Assembly (NCBI GenBank): GCA_964035545.1
Contig: OZ037772.1
Span: forward strand, 620,001-684,000
Source: Bugula neritina
Taxonomy: Eukaryota > Animalia > Bryozoa
Length of the DNA stretch: 64,000 nt
Direction of reading: 5' to 3'
The position numbers were made by a program, and so were the translations under genes. Under the pieces are notes generated by a model. That model searched no databases and was not told the origin of the DNA. It saw only the letters and a program-made list of their open reading frames with translations. Below, piece after piece: positions 25,983 to 39,765 of the stretch (the first letter of the stretch is position 1; every line of letters starts with the position of its first letter).

Positions 25983-27732
25983 TCTTGCTAACAGCACAAC
26001 TTACAAGATTCAACTAATTTAACTTGTTGAGATTTACATGAATATAATACATATGAAATGTGAAAATAGCATTAAAAGTCAAGCAAGGAATTCACATGTT
26101 GACACAATTATATACTTTCACTTGAAGGTAAGCTTGATGAACCAATATGAACTGTTCACAGAGTTTACTGTGTAGGATTTGCACCTAGAATATTTAGTTA
26201 CATCAGAGCTAAGTGAAAAATCTAACAGTTGATTTATTCTGTTGAAAGTTAATGTGTTGAGTATTGATCTTATTACCCAACTTCACCCTTTTTACTGTAG
26301 AGTTTGTTGATGTAAGTTCACTTAATTAAACTATCCTCATGCAAGGGGTGGGGGTGGAATATTATTGTGAATTTATGCTTTACTTGTTATTATAGGGTCT
26401 ATTTAGGCAAAGCTATTTCACCAGGTTTGTGATTGCTAACACTTTATTCTATTTATTTCAAGATACTAATAAAACTGTACAACTATCAAAAACACGTTCC
26501 ATAATAAAAGAGAGAATATACAAGACTTTACAATAACAATTCCAAGTGCTCTCTGCCTGCTAGTCAAATAGACTAGGGCCCACTACAAGTATTCAGCTCC
26601 GCCTACTACTAATTATTAACAGTCACTGATTGGCCATCACGATGGCACCATCACACTAGTTGATCTGCATGCTGCAAAATGCATCATGTCCTCTAGTTAA
26701 AGTGTGTGCGTGGAGTTGTCCTTTCGATATAATAACATAATATACAAAATCTCTGCAATATGCCATCTGGGATATCTGTATGATAAACTTAACTAATCAA
26801 CTAGCAGCATCTTGGTTATTCAATGAAATTATCAAACTATATTATTTAACTGTAACATTATCCTAGTGAAACCTCTTATCTGTTCCTCCTATTCACTAAT
26901 CATCAAATTATTCTCCTCTACCAAATCAATACATTGTGCAGACTCCATATTTAATCTCCTCTACATACAGTTTATATTCCAGCTATCAGAGTCATGATTC
27001 TACATCACATGAATGTTCTCTACTTTAACAAGAGAATAGCCAACTATAAAAACCTGCTATAGCACACAATATAGCAACTTGTTATAACATGACATACAGT
27101 ACATCAATATTCATTCACTACACAAAATATCTCAATACACATAACAACTGGAGCTGCTGAAGTTCAATGGCTTATACAAGTTGAATTGAACAAAACACTA
27201 CGTTTTTCTTCAGCATATCAACTAGTATGGGTAGTGTGGAGAGATCTTTTATATATATAAAAACTTGTGTTTGAAGGAAATATTAAATTATATTATTCCT
27301 CTTAGCATCACATGTAGCATGAATATCAACTTATAGTTAGTGAGTTACTAGAAGTTTCTTTGTAACGGAAACCAGTCCGGGTTCCTCTGCAGTTCCATCT
27401 CAACGAGTCTGGCCTGAGCTGAGGTCACCGCATGATGACATCATTCACTAGGTTCTTCTTGGTGTCTGGAAATTTTCCACCAGTTACTCCAGTGACTGAA
27501 AATGAAGTACTAATACCAGTGACTCGGTCTCAAACTTACTTACTGAGTCATTGTGATTATTAGTTGATGACTTAATGTTTTAGTGAAGTTATAGTTATAG
27601 TTAACTTAAAGTCCTACTGATACTGATAGCTAATATGCCCCTCAGTCTCATCTTCACTCTCAGTAATTGTAATACTGATAGTAAGACTAACTAACGTCTA
27701 ATGCTAAGTTCAAATACTAATTATTACACTTC

Positions 27733-27764
<32 letters not shown>

Positions 27765-28931
27765 CTAGTAGTAATGAGAGTACCAGTAGTAGTACTAGTA
27801 GCGTTAGTACTAGTAGCGTTAGTAGTAGTAGCGGTAGTAGTAATGGGAGTACTAGTAGTGGCAGCAGCAGTAGCAGCAGCAGTAGTAGTAGTAGCAGTAG
27901 TAGTAATGAGAGTACCAGTAGTAGTAGTAGTAGTAGTAGTACTAGTAGTGGTAGTACTAGTAGTGGTAGTAGTGGTAGTAGTAGTAGTAGTAGTACTAGT
28001 AGTAGTAGTGGTAGTAGTGGTAGTAGTAGTAGTAGTAGTAGTGGTAGTGGTAGTAGTAGTAGTAGTAGTAGTGGCAGCAGCAGTAGCAGCAGCAGTAGTA
28101 GTAGTAGCAGTAGTAGTAATGAGAGTACCAGTAGTAGTAGTAGTAGTACTAGTAGTAGTAGTAGTAGTAGTAGTAGAAGTACTAGTAGTAGTAGTGGTGG
28201 TAGTAGTGGTAGTAGTAGTAGTGGTAGTGGTAGTAGTAGTAGTAGTAGTAGTGGCAGCAGCAGTAGCAGCAGCAGTAGTAGTAGTAGTAGCAGTAGTAGT
28301 AATGAGAGTACCAGTAGTAGTAGTAGTAGCAGCAGTAGCAGTAGTAGTAGAGGTAGTAGTAGTAGTAGTAGAGGTAGTAGTAGTAGCAGCAGTAGTAGTA
28401 GTAGTACTAGTAGTAATGAGAGTACCAGTAGTAGTAGTAGTAGTAGTAGTAGCAGTAGTACTAGTAGTACTAGTAGTAGTGGTGGTAGTGTTAGTAGTGG
28501 TAGTGGTAGTAGTAGTAGTAGTACCAGTAGCAGTACTAGTAGTACCAGTAGCAGTACTAGTAGTAGTACCAGTAGCAGCAGTAGCAGTAGTAGTAGTAGT
28601 AATGGTAGTAGTAGTAGTAGTAGTAGCAGCAGTAGCAGTAGTAGTACTAGTAGTAATGAGAGTACCAGTAGTAGTAGTAGTAGTAGCAGTAGTAGTAGAG
28701 GTAGTAGTAGAGGTAGTAGTAGTAGTGTAGTAGTAGTACTAGTAGTAATGAGAGTACCAGTAGTTGTAGTAGTTGTAGTAGTAGTAGTAGTAGTGGTGGT
28801 AGTAGTGGTAGTAGTAGTAGTAGTAGTAGTAGTAATGTAGTAGTAGTAGTGGTAGTAGTAGTAGTAGTAGTAGCAGCAGTAGTAGTAGTAGCAGTAGTAG
28901 CAGTAGTAGTACTAGTAGTAATGAGAGTACC

Positions 28932-28975
<44 letters not shown>

Positions 28976-29249
28976 CAGTAGTACTAGTAGTACTAGTAGT
29001 AGTGGTGGTAGTAGTAGTAGTGGTAGTGGTAGTAGTACCAGTAGCAGTACTAGTAGTACCAGTAGCAGTACTAGTAGTAGTACCAGTAGCAGCAGTAGCA
29101 GTAGTAGTAGTAGTAATGGTAGTAGTAGTAGTAGTAGTAGCAGCAGTAGCAGTAGTAGTACTAGTAGTAATGAGAGTACCAGTAGTAGTAGTAGTAGTAG
29201 TAGTAGTAGCAGCAGTAGCAGTAGTAGTACTAGTAGTAATGAGAGTACC

Positions 29250-29281
<32 letters not shown>

Positions 29282-29290
29282 CAGTAGTAC

Positions 29291-29338
<48 letters not shown>

Positions 29339-29352
29339 CAGTAGTAGTAGTA
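27733..29352. repeat. Complex (AGT)n microsatellite with AGC/GGT/ACT variants
   Basis: Direct inspection; a landmark AATGAGAGTACC recurs throughout. Confidence 0.97.
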
Positions 29353-29478
29353 GATGGAGGTTACCAATTCTGTCACTCTTGCAGGTCAACATACAACTCT
29401 ACAGGAAACTAAAGACAACAGAACGGGGCTGACAAATCAACCAATCAAATTATAAATAAAGAGGAACTCATGACTCAC

Positions 29479-30874
29479 TCTGTCCAGATGGTGTCGGTAA
29501 ATGAGGCCATTTTTGTTCACCCAAAACGTGTTGAATCCATCTTTTTTACTACAAAACAATCATGTGACCATCATCATGTGACCAACTCCATATTATTGCA
29601 GAAAGCAGTAGAAAGTGTTAAACTTGCGAAGTACAAGTAGCCATGTTGGAGGAATCTACTAGCAGAAAGGGACTCACATGAAGTTTTTCCTCGTCTCCTC
29701 CATGAAACCGTCTTTCTTGTTGTACGTGAAGAGGTTCCATTTCCAGAACATGAGGGCTCTCCACTGAGACACGCCCCTCATTGTCCACCTGTTGGGAAGT
29801 AATATATCTTCTTTATACTGTAATATATCCTCTCTATACTGTAATATATCCTCTCTATACTGTAATATATCCTTTCTATACTGTAATATATACTCTCTAC
29901 ACTGTAATATATCATCTCTATACTGTAACATATCCTCTCTATACTGTAATATATCATCTCTATACTGTAACATATCTTCTCTATACTGTAATATATCCTC
30001 TCTATACTGTAATATATACTCTCTACACTGTAATATATACTCTCTATACTGTAATATATACTCTCTATACTGTAATATATCCTCTCTATACTGTAATATA
30101 TACTCTCTATACTGTAATATATCCTTTCTATACTGTAATATATCCTCTCCATACTGTAATATATCATCTCTATACTGTAATATATACTCTCTATACTGTA
30201 ATATATCCTCTCTATACTGTAATATAGCTTCTCTACACTGTAATATATATACTCTCTATACTGTAATATATACTCTCTACACTGTAATATATACTCTCTA
30301 CACTGATTATTATACCTGACTTTAATGGCCCCCGTCATCAGGGTGAGATGAAATGTTAATTATGTATAGATTTACGTCTGCGTACAGCAGATTGCAGAGT
30401 AACCTCAGCTTTGTGAGTTGCATCGCATACTTGGCTATTCCCCTGAAACAGTGAGTGAGAGAGTAAAGACTCAGGCTACACGTGGGAATACTGCAGACAT
30501 AATATGACAGAGTTGTACATATAAAACAAGTATACATTGTATGTACCTATAGTACAAGGCATATACATTGTATGTACCTATAGTACAAGGCACATAGTAC
30601 AAGACGTAAGTACATGCAATATACACTCACTTGAAAGTCTTATTTTTGCCGGTGAAGTTGTTCTCGAACACAAGGTCTGTGGTGTAGTGATTGTAGTAGT
30701 GAACCGATGACTTGAAGAACACAGGAAACTACAGAAAGAAAAGATCAGCATCAACAGTAGCAACTACATGCCTTGACAGAGTAACTGAGTTACCAGAGAG
30801 AGAGACAACTCCCTGACAGAGTACCTGAGTTACCAAAGAGAGTGAGAGGGAGAGAGAGAGGGAGGGGGAGAGGG

Positions 30875-30906
<32 letters not shown>

Positions 30907-33900
30907 AGGGGGAGGGGGAGGGGGAGGGGGAGGGGGAGGGGGAGGGGGAGGGGGAGGGGGAGGGGGAGGGGGAGGGGGAGGGGGAGGGGGAGGGGGAGGG
31001 GGAGGGGGAGGGGGAGGGGGAGGGGGAGGGGGAGGGGGAGGGGGAGGGGGAGGGGGAGGGGGAGGGGGAGGGGGAGGGGGAGGGGGAGGGGGAGGGGGAG
31101 GGGGAGGGGGAGGGGGAGGGGGAGGGGGAGGGGGAGGGGGAGGGGGAGGGGGAGGGGGAGGGGGAGGGGGAGGGGGAGGGGGAGGGGGAGGGGGAGGGGG
31201 AGGGGGAGGGGGAGGGGGAGGGGGAGGGGGAGGGGGAGGGGGAGGGGGAGGGGGAGGGGGAGGGGGAGAGGGAGAGGGAGAGGGAGAGGGAGAGGGAGAG
31301 GGAGAGGGAGAGGGAGAGGGAGAGGGAGAGAGAGGGAGAGAGGGAGAGAGGACGGTTCAACAGTTACTAGCACCTCAATTTCCCAACACTTCTCACCTGT
31401 TCTGTGATCTTCACCTTGACCTCTTCCAACTTGTCATGACCCGGTAGTCTGCTGTCTCCACTGTTGGAATCTGGTTTTATACTCTCACTCTCATTGGATG
31501 AGCCGTTAGCCAATAACGTGTGAGCAAATGGTGTGTTGGTGTTTAATGCTGAGTTATAACTAGTGTTTACTGCTGACTGAGAGAGATTCGGCCTCAACTA
31601 CAAAACATAACAGGATAATCTACAGTACAAGGAGAGGATCTACAGTACAAGGAGAAGATCTACAGTACAAGGAGGGGATCTACAGTACAAGGAGAGGATC
31701 TACAGTACAAGGAGAAGATCTACAGTACAAGGAGAGAATCTACAGTACAAGGAGAAGATCTACAGTACAAGGAGAGAATCTACAGTACAAGGAGAGAATC
31801 TACAGTACAAGGAGAGGATCTACAGTACAAGGAGAGGATCTACAGTACAAGGAGAGGATCTACAGTACAAGGAGGGGATCTACAGTACAAGGAGAGGATC
31901 TACAGTACAAGGAGAAGATCTACAGTACAAGGAGAGGATCTACAGTACAAGGAGAGGATCTACAGTACAAGGAGAGGATCTACAGTACAAGGAGAAGATC
32001 TACAGTACAAGGAGAGGATCTACAGTACAAGGAGAAGATCTACAGTACAAGGAGAGGATCTACAGTACAAGGAGAAGATCTACAGTACAAGGAGAAGATC
32101 TACAGTACAAGGAGATAATCTACAGTACAAGGAGAGGATCTACAGTACAAGGAGAAGATCTACAGTACAAGGAGAGAATCTACAGTACAAGGAGAGAATC
32201 TATAGTACAAGGAGAAGATCTACAGTACAAGGAGAGGTTCTACAGTACAAGGAGAGGATCTACAGTACAAGGAGAAGATCTACAGTACAAGGAGAGGATC
32301 TACAGTACAAGGAGAGGATCTACAGTACAAGGAGAGAATCTACAGTACAAGGAGAGGATCTACAGTACAAGGAGAGGATCTACAGTACAAGGAGAGGATC
32401 TACAGTACAAGGAGAGGATCTACAGTACAAGGAGAGGATCTACAGTACAAGGAGAAGATCTACAGTACAAGGAGAGGATCTAATGTATTCCTTAGCTACA
32501 GTCTCACAAGAGAATGGATACTCTACCAGATGTGTGTATGATATGTGAGTGGTAGATGAACTCACCTGGTCAGCCATTGAAAGTCGAATGAGTTCACTAG
32601 ATATCACTCCGTCTGTGTCACACAGGAAGTGCTTCCTCTGAGAGTTCTGGACCTTTGTCTTCGCTCCTATGGCAACAGCAGTGAAACTATTAGTTACTAT
32701 AGCAACAGCAGTGAAACTATTAGTTACTATAGCAACAGTAGTGAAATTAGTTACTATAGTAACAGCAGTGAAACTATTAGTTACTATAGCAACAGCAGTG
32801 TAACTAGTAGCTAAACTAATTTGGGCACAGAGTAAATATAAACATACACAGCTATAGTGTACACAGAGTAGATATAAATATACACAGCTATAGTGTACAC
32901 CAGGGTTGGGGTCAATTACATGTAAATGTAATTAATTACAATTACATAAAGATTTGTCAATTACAATTACAATTACAGTTAAAAAGTAATGTAATTAATT
33001 ACAATTACAATTACATGGTAATGTAATTAATTACAATTACAATTACTTTTGTTCTCACAAGAGATAACTAGAAGTTATACAATGCCACTTCTAGGGTCCA
33101 ACTACCAGGGGCAATGTTGACAGTGGTGAACCTCCTTTATTCCCAGCAGTGACACTATAGGGTCAATTCATGCCAAATCAACCAAATTTTAAGGGATTCC
33201 ATGACTTTGCTTCTCAGATTTTGCTCATATTTACACATGTCCGGAGTACTATTCTGACATGACAGAAACTTTTGGAGAAATGACTACATTAGTGGACAAA
33301 GGTTGGAAAAACTTTTGAGGAGAATTTGTGATTTCTACTTTTAAACCAACTTATAAATGTCTACATCTAAACTATTTTTTTTAGACTGAGCCTTAAAAAT
33401 TGATGTAGGAAATATTTGAAAAAAATTCAAAATTTACAAAAATTTGCCCATATTCAATGGTTTAGCATATATGCACACAGAGTATTCTGTAGTATGTGTT
33501 GCTACTAGTGCAAATTGATAGGTGTTATCAAATCGCACAGCAAATTTTAAGACTTAGTCTAGAAAAATGTTTGAGATATAGATGTTTATAAATTGCTCTA
33601 AAAGTAGAAATCACAAATGTTCCTTAAAGTTTTTCCCAACCTTTGTCCACAAATGTAGTCATTTCTCAAAAAGTTTTCTGTCAGGTCAAAAATATTTAAG
33701 ATGAGTACTCAGGACATATGTAGGCCTATTTGGTGTAAATATAAACAAACTCTGAGACACAAAAGCACAGGCCATGTGGTGAGTTGGCATGGACTTGTTA
33801 TTTAACAGTAGGCATGGTAGGAAAAGAATGATTTTTTCAAGATTTAAAAGTTTGAAGTAATTGACATGTAATTATAAAGTAATTGTAAAATTCAATTACA

Positions 33901-36900
33901 TTAGCAATGTAATTAATTACAATTACAATTACATGTTTATACATCAATTACAAATTACATTCAATTACTTGAAAAAATGTAATTAATTACAACCAATTAC
34001 AATTACAAATTACAATTACCCAAACCCTGGTGTACACAGAGTATATATAAATAGACACAGTTATACACAGAGTATATATAAATATACACAGCTATACACA
34101 GAGTATATATAAATATACACAGCTATATACAGAGTATATATAAATATACACAGCTATAGTGTACACAGAGTATATATAAACATACACAGCTATATACAGA
34201 GTGTATATAAATATACAGCTATAGTATACACAAAGTATATATATAAACATACACAACTATACACAGAGTATATATAAACATACACAGCTATATACAGAGT
34301 ATATATAAACATACACAGCTATATACAGAGTATATATAAACATACACAGCTATAGTGTACACAGAGTATATATAAATATACGCAGCAACAGTAAGGGTTG
34401 ACACCATAATTTAGAATGAAGGAAGATTCTGTTTTCACCTGAAGAAGGTAGAAGCTGTTGGGTGGTCCTGTGTTCAATAGATGAGAGATTATCTCGGTAT
34501 ATGGTGTACGCATCATCAGATATGGGAGTGAGTCCTTGGTGGTCACATTTGAAGAGAGAGAAAGGTTCTGATACTCTGTGGGATATGTACAGTACATCAA
34601 TTCAGACATGTACAGATTTGATGGATATAACGGTTTGTCTACTGTGAGCTAGCTAGTCAACTATACTATGTATTGTACAGAAAGAAACAATTTCTCTCTC
34701 GGATACAATGGCACATATTCAGATATATCTTTATTGTATACTGTGGTGTTACTAACTGGTCAATATTAATACAGTCTCTGCCCCCACTACTATAAACCAC
34801 ATGTAAAACTAGTAACATTTCTGTCAATATATATTAACACACAGTCTGAGAACAGCGTGTATATAAATGATAACTTTTTACCAGTAAATATTTCTACGAT
34901 AAGAACAGCTCACAGGAAATCCAGGTTGTCGACTACTGACTCATAATTATCACTAGTTGACTACTAGTAACCATGGTAACAACTAACATCCTATTACAAT
35001 CAAATGTTACTTGCTATCACCTGAATAAGTATCAGATTAGAGGTATAGTGTATGAATAATGTTGGCAGACAGCAGCCTACCAGTATGTAACTTTTAGTAA
35101 CTGAGTCAATATACTGAGAAGTTACAGGGAGATGATACAATCCTTATATTTACTCTGCTGTACTAGCCGAGGAACAAGAAAACTTGTGTTCTAATGTGCA
35201 CCAAAATCTCTACTTAGCTACAAACATAGCTGATACTCTCCCCTGTTTATATAATAAAGTTGTAATCTAAAGAATACAAACACACTTTTCCTTAGTGGAT
35301 GTCAGGACTGGGCTACTCAAAGCTCTCACCAGTTTTAACTTCTCAGGAGCATTGAGGAACACGGTCTACAAAATACACCCACACATATCTAGAACTACCC
35401 TCTATATTCACTAAACAGAGTTCCTCAGTCTATTCAGCATGATAGGACACACCCAGCAGGAAATAAACTCAAGGCTAAAACAGTTATCTGACTGCGAATC
35501 ACACATTTTATGTTTCCACATTGAAGAACACATTTAATCAGCACACACTAGGCTAACTACAATCAGCTAGTCTCATGGTTCTCTCTCATATTACAGGGAG
35601 CTAAGTCTATCTAACTGGTGGCCAGCTATAAAGTTCTGAGTATTTATATAGTGTGCCCATGAATTGTTAACAGGGTGGACTCAACTTCTTTAACCCCTTC
35701 GTCTCGAACTCTCTGTATAATACTTATATTATGGGGCGCAGTAGCTATGTATTTTTGTAAATTGAAAAAAAGTATTTAAATATACTCCAGTTGCAGTTTT
35801 ATAATAGATTTGGAGACAACTAGCTAATGTTTAAATGAAAACATTTAATGGCCTACACCAAGCTTGAAAATAATTAGATATAAGCCCACCCCTTGTGCTA
35901 GTCACATATTCATATTCACAGCTTAAGTGAGCTGAAGCGCACATCACAGTGGCTGATCATCACCACACACATTCTCACACTGTTCTCATAAACTGCAGAG
36001 TCGTGAATGGTACTTGAACTCGTACTGAAAGTGTTGCTCATAACTGTTCATATTGACACTGACATTATGAAGTTAATAGTGATATTTCATTTTCAATAGT
36101 AGGGCTTTTAGATGGTATTGATTCATCCACAATGAGAAATACTTGCAAATGTTGATAAATTATTTTATGATTGAATTGGTGAGTTATAATGTGTATCATT
36201 CAAATGTGAATATTGAACATGATCTGGTCGCCTTGATTACCTCATATTGATTCATCGCAATTGTCAGTATAATTGTGCCATAGAGAATTCTAATAAGTTT
36301 GAAAATTGACATACAGTTTCACATTGCTCATTCACTTTCAGTGATCCATGCTTAGTGTCACATTGGCCTTTAGGCTTAAAGCAACGAAATCTAACAGTAA
36401 CACTATCTATAAGTATATTTATATTATTATCAAGTATTAGCATTATGACATAAAATTAAACTTAAAGCCTGTCAGTTATAGTGTCTATGAAATTAAATTC
36501 CAAAAATAAAAAAAAACAAAAATAACAACTTTTATTCACGCTTCAACTTTCAAAACGAAGACTAGGTTCAACCCAACGAGGTAAGAGATGATCATTTAAT
36601 CAGTTAATCACAATGCCTAGTATGTTATCACATTCACGCAAGCTTTCACTGTGAATCACAATGATTATGAGTATGATTTAATGAGTATGGCAATCCCAAC
36701 GACAATAAGTATAACTGTGAGTGTGAGTGACTGACTGAGTGTGACTGATAAGAGCCAGGCTAATGCCAGGGGCAATCGCAATCACAATCGGTATGACTGA
36801 ATCACTATCAGTATAAGTATTACAATCACAAAGTCAAATGACAATGCCAATAGCACTATCAATATCATATTGAATTGAATTTTGAATGCGAATATCAAAT

Positions 36901-37001
36901 AGCACCCTCTTACCATTAGTATCAGTATGAGTATTAGTATTACTATTAGTATTACTTACAACTTGCTTATGCAAGAGAATTAAATCTTTAAAGCGTAGCA
37001 T
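29479..37001 (-). CDS. C6orf136-like (DUF2358) protein, probably mitochondrial; one +1 frameshift; last exon uncertain
   Basis: Phase-consistent exons 37001-36960, 35365-35286, 34575-34439, 32666-32566, 31597-31397, 30728-30631, 30442-30316, 29788-29678, 29548-29479. Core [28 protein letters not shown][A][37 protein letters not shown] resembles the recalled C6orf136 pattern (HPEDGTVRVRW..G; DGFSTFY...GLI.RH.LD). N-terminus MLRFK..RALSS looks like a transit peptide. Extra C in the run 30329-30333. Terminal exon may lie at about 29373-29408 or about 27430-27495. Confidence 0.75.
29801..30304. repeat. 21-bp intronic minisatellite (TGTAATATATCCTCTCTATAC)
   Basis: About 24 copies. Confidence 0.95.
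30838..31350. repeat. (GGGGGA)n/(GGGAGA)n polypurine tract
   Basis: About 60 GAGGGG hexamers flanked by (GA)n. Confidence 0.97.
31619..32481. repeat. 20-bp minisatellite (TACAGTACAAGGAGAGGATC), about 43 copies
   Basis: Direct inspection. Confidence 0.98.
32668..32800. repeat. 30-bp repeat x4-5
   Basis: Unit TAGCAACAGCAGTGAAACTATTAGTTACTA. Confidence 0.85.
32901..34029. mobile_element. hAT-type MITE with (AATTAC)n subtermini, carrying an internal palindromic insertion at about 33160-33797
   Basis: CAGGGTT...AACCCTG termini with a perfect 8-bp TSD GTGTACAC at 32893-32900 and 34030-34037. Inserted in an ACACAGAGTATATATAAATATACACAGCTA repeat. Confidence 0.9.
34030..34382. repeat. About 30-bp repeat (ACACAGAGTATATATAAATATACACAGCTAT)
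   Basis: Continues the array at 32826-32900. Confidence 0.85.
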
Positions 37002-37671
37002 CCTTTTCAAGCAAAATAAGGACAATAAGTTTCGTCAAATTGAGTTAAAAACTACAACTTAAAAGTCACAAGTATAAAGCAACTCATGCTCAGTCATCAC
37101 TAATCCTAATCAAGCATATAGCATAATTTATTTTACAATGCGACAAGATTATCTAGACGGTGCGCTTACGCCTCTCATTGTACTTAAGCAATATCCAATT
37201 GTATGGTTTTTATGACTTTAAAATCCGTTTTTGAGAAGCAAGGCCAGTGTGGTATATTAAGAGTGTTGACTTTAAACCATGAAAAATCATTATGTCGCTA
37301 ATGGTACCGCAAGTTTATATAAGTTATAAAGGAAAAGTTTTGCCACTTTTGTGATTTTATTTTTTTTTTTATATTATGTGTCCATTTTTTTTAGTTTTGT
37401 TTATTGGTAAAGTTTTTAAACATATTTTCAATACATATAAAATTTTAAAAAAAGTTAAAACTTAATCATGCACGTATATACAAAGCTATAAAGTTTAAGC
37501 TTCGCTGTGATTACAATGTGAATATGAATTGAATAATGCTTGCAATAACCATTTTACACAAAATATGTTACAGTTGCTATAAATGTAAGACTAGTAAATT
37601 GGATGCAAATAGGCACGGTAATACTATTTAATTTATGCTATTTTTGAAATTTGTAGTAAATATTCGGCATG

Positions 37672-38799
<1,128 letters not shown>

Positions 38800-39200
38800 C
38801 TGTGAGATATAGTGCGCTGCTTAAAAGAGCTCAATGTTTAAAACAGAGCATATCGTAAAATAGAATTGAAATGACACAGTTAAAATTGATAAAACATTTT
38901 ATTACTAATAGTTTCATGTATGTTAAAATATACACTCTTCAGATAAAATGTTTAAATCTACTAAAGAATATATTACATGGTACTATTTAGGTAGTAAAAA
39001 GCTGAAAAGCTGGCGGATTAATGATATTTAAAAAAAGGCTGGTAAGCATATTGTATGGATTATAGGATGCTCATGTAACGCTTTCTAAAACAAATGCCCT
39101 CCCATGTCTACATGTAGAAATAAAATCACTTCTGGTGTTTAGTGAAGCGTATGTTGGTTTGTATACTATAAAATATAAAATATTTCTCCCATAGACATAG

Positions 39201-39505
39201 TGTTATAGTTTTCAGATTTAGGGTTGATGTGCCACCAAGAGAGTCTATTTAACACTAGAGAAACTTCACCAGTTAAGTCGAGTAGATATCGTTATATTTA
39301 ATACAAGAATACATAATAAAAATTCAATGTACAACAGTAATGATACGCACGTCTATTTAGTTTACAGCACTATCCTCAACTGAGCTAGTAGCGCGAAGCG
39401 GCTACTATTACTTATCAAACAGCTTAGCTAATTGGCTAATACATTGTTCCGGGTCAATACGCAACCTTGCGTATTGTGTTGCTGGTAGCTCCACGAGCCA
39501 CCACA
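39201..39505 (-). repeat. Gypsy 3' LTR
   Basis: 304 of 305 bases identical to 46321-46625. Confidence 0.97.
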
Positions 39506-39765
39506 CTGCCCCCTCCAGCAGAAAGCCCACTTTCTGATAAAATAAGATTCACATAAAAAACGTATACTTCGTTGGGGGGTAAGAGAACAGCATAAAAGTA
39601 TATAAAAAACAACAACTGGTAAAAATATACAGGTATATATATCGTGCACTAAGTAATAAGCAAGAGAAGGTCCTATCTACATATAGAGTACGTGCCACCA
39701 TTACGGTAGGGAATGCCACAGAGAGGTAGGGGAATGAGTAGTAGGGAGTGGTAGGTAGACTCGAG

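Noticed and set aside
27701-29412. Poly-Ser/Val/Leu proteins
   Set aside because: Microsatellite translations with no signal peptide or splice context.
29678-29788. Alternative reading [14 protein letters not shown].. of this exon
   Set aside because: The other frame matches the DUF2358-like pattern and the phase of the next exon.
30729-31447. Poly-Gly, LP and SP repeat ORFs
   Set aside because: Products of the (GGGGGA)n tract in an intron.
31619-32481. CRISPR-like or telomeric 20-bp array
   Set aside because: No spacers and not a telomere motif; an intronic minisatellite.
35690-35760. piggyBac-like TTAA|CCCC terminus
   Set aside because: No matching second terminus or transposase was found.
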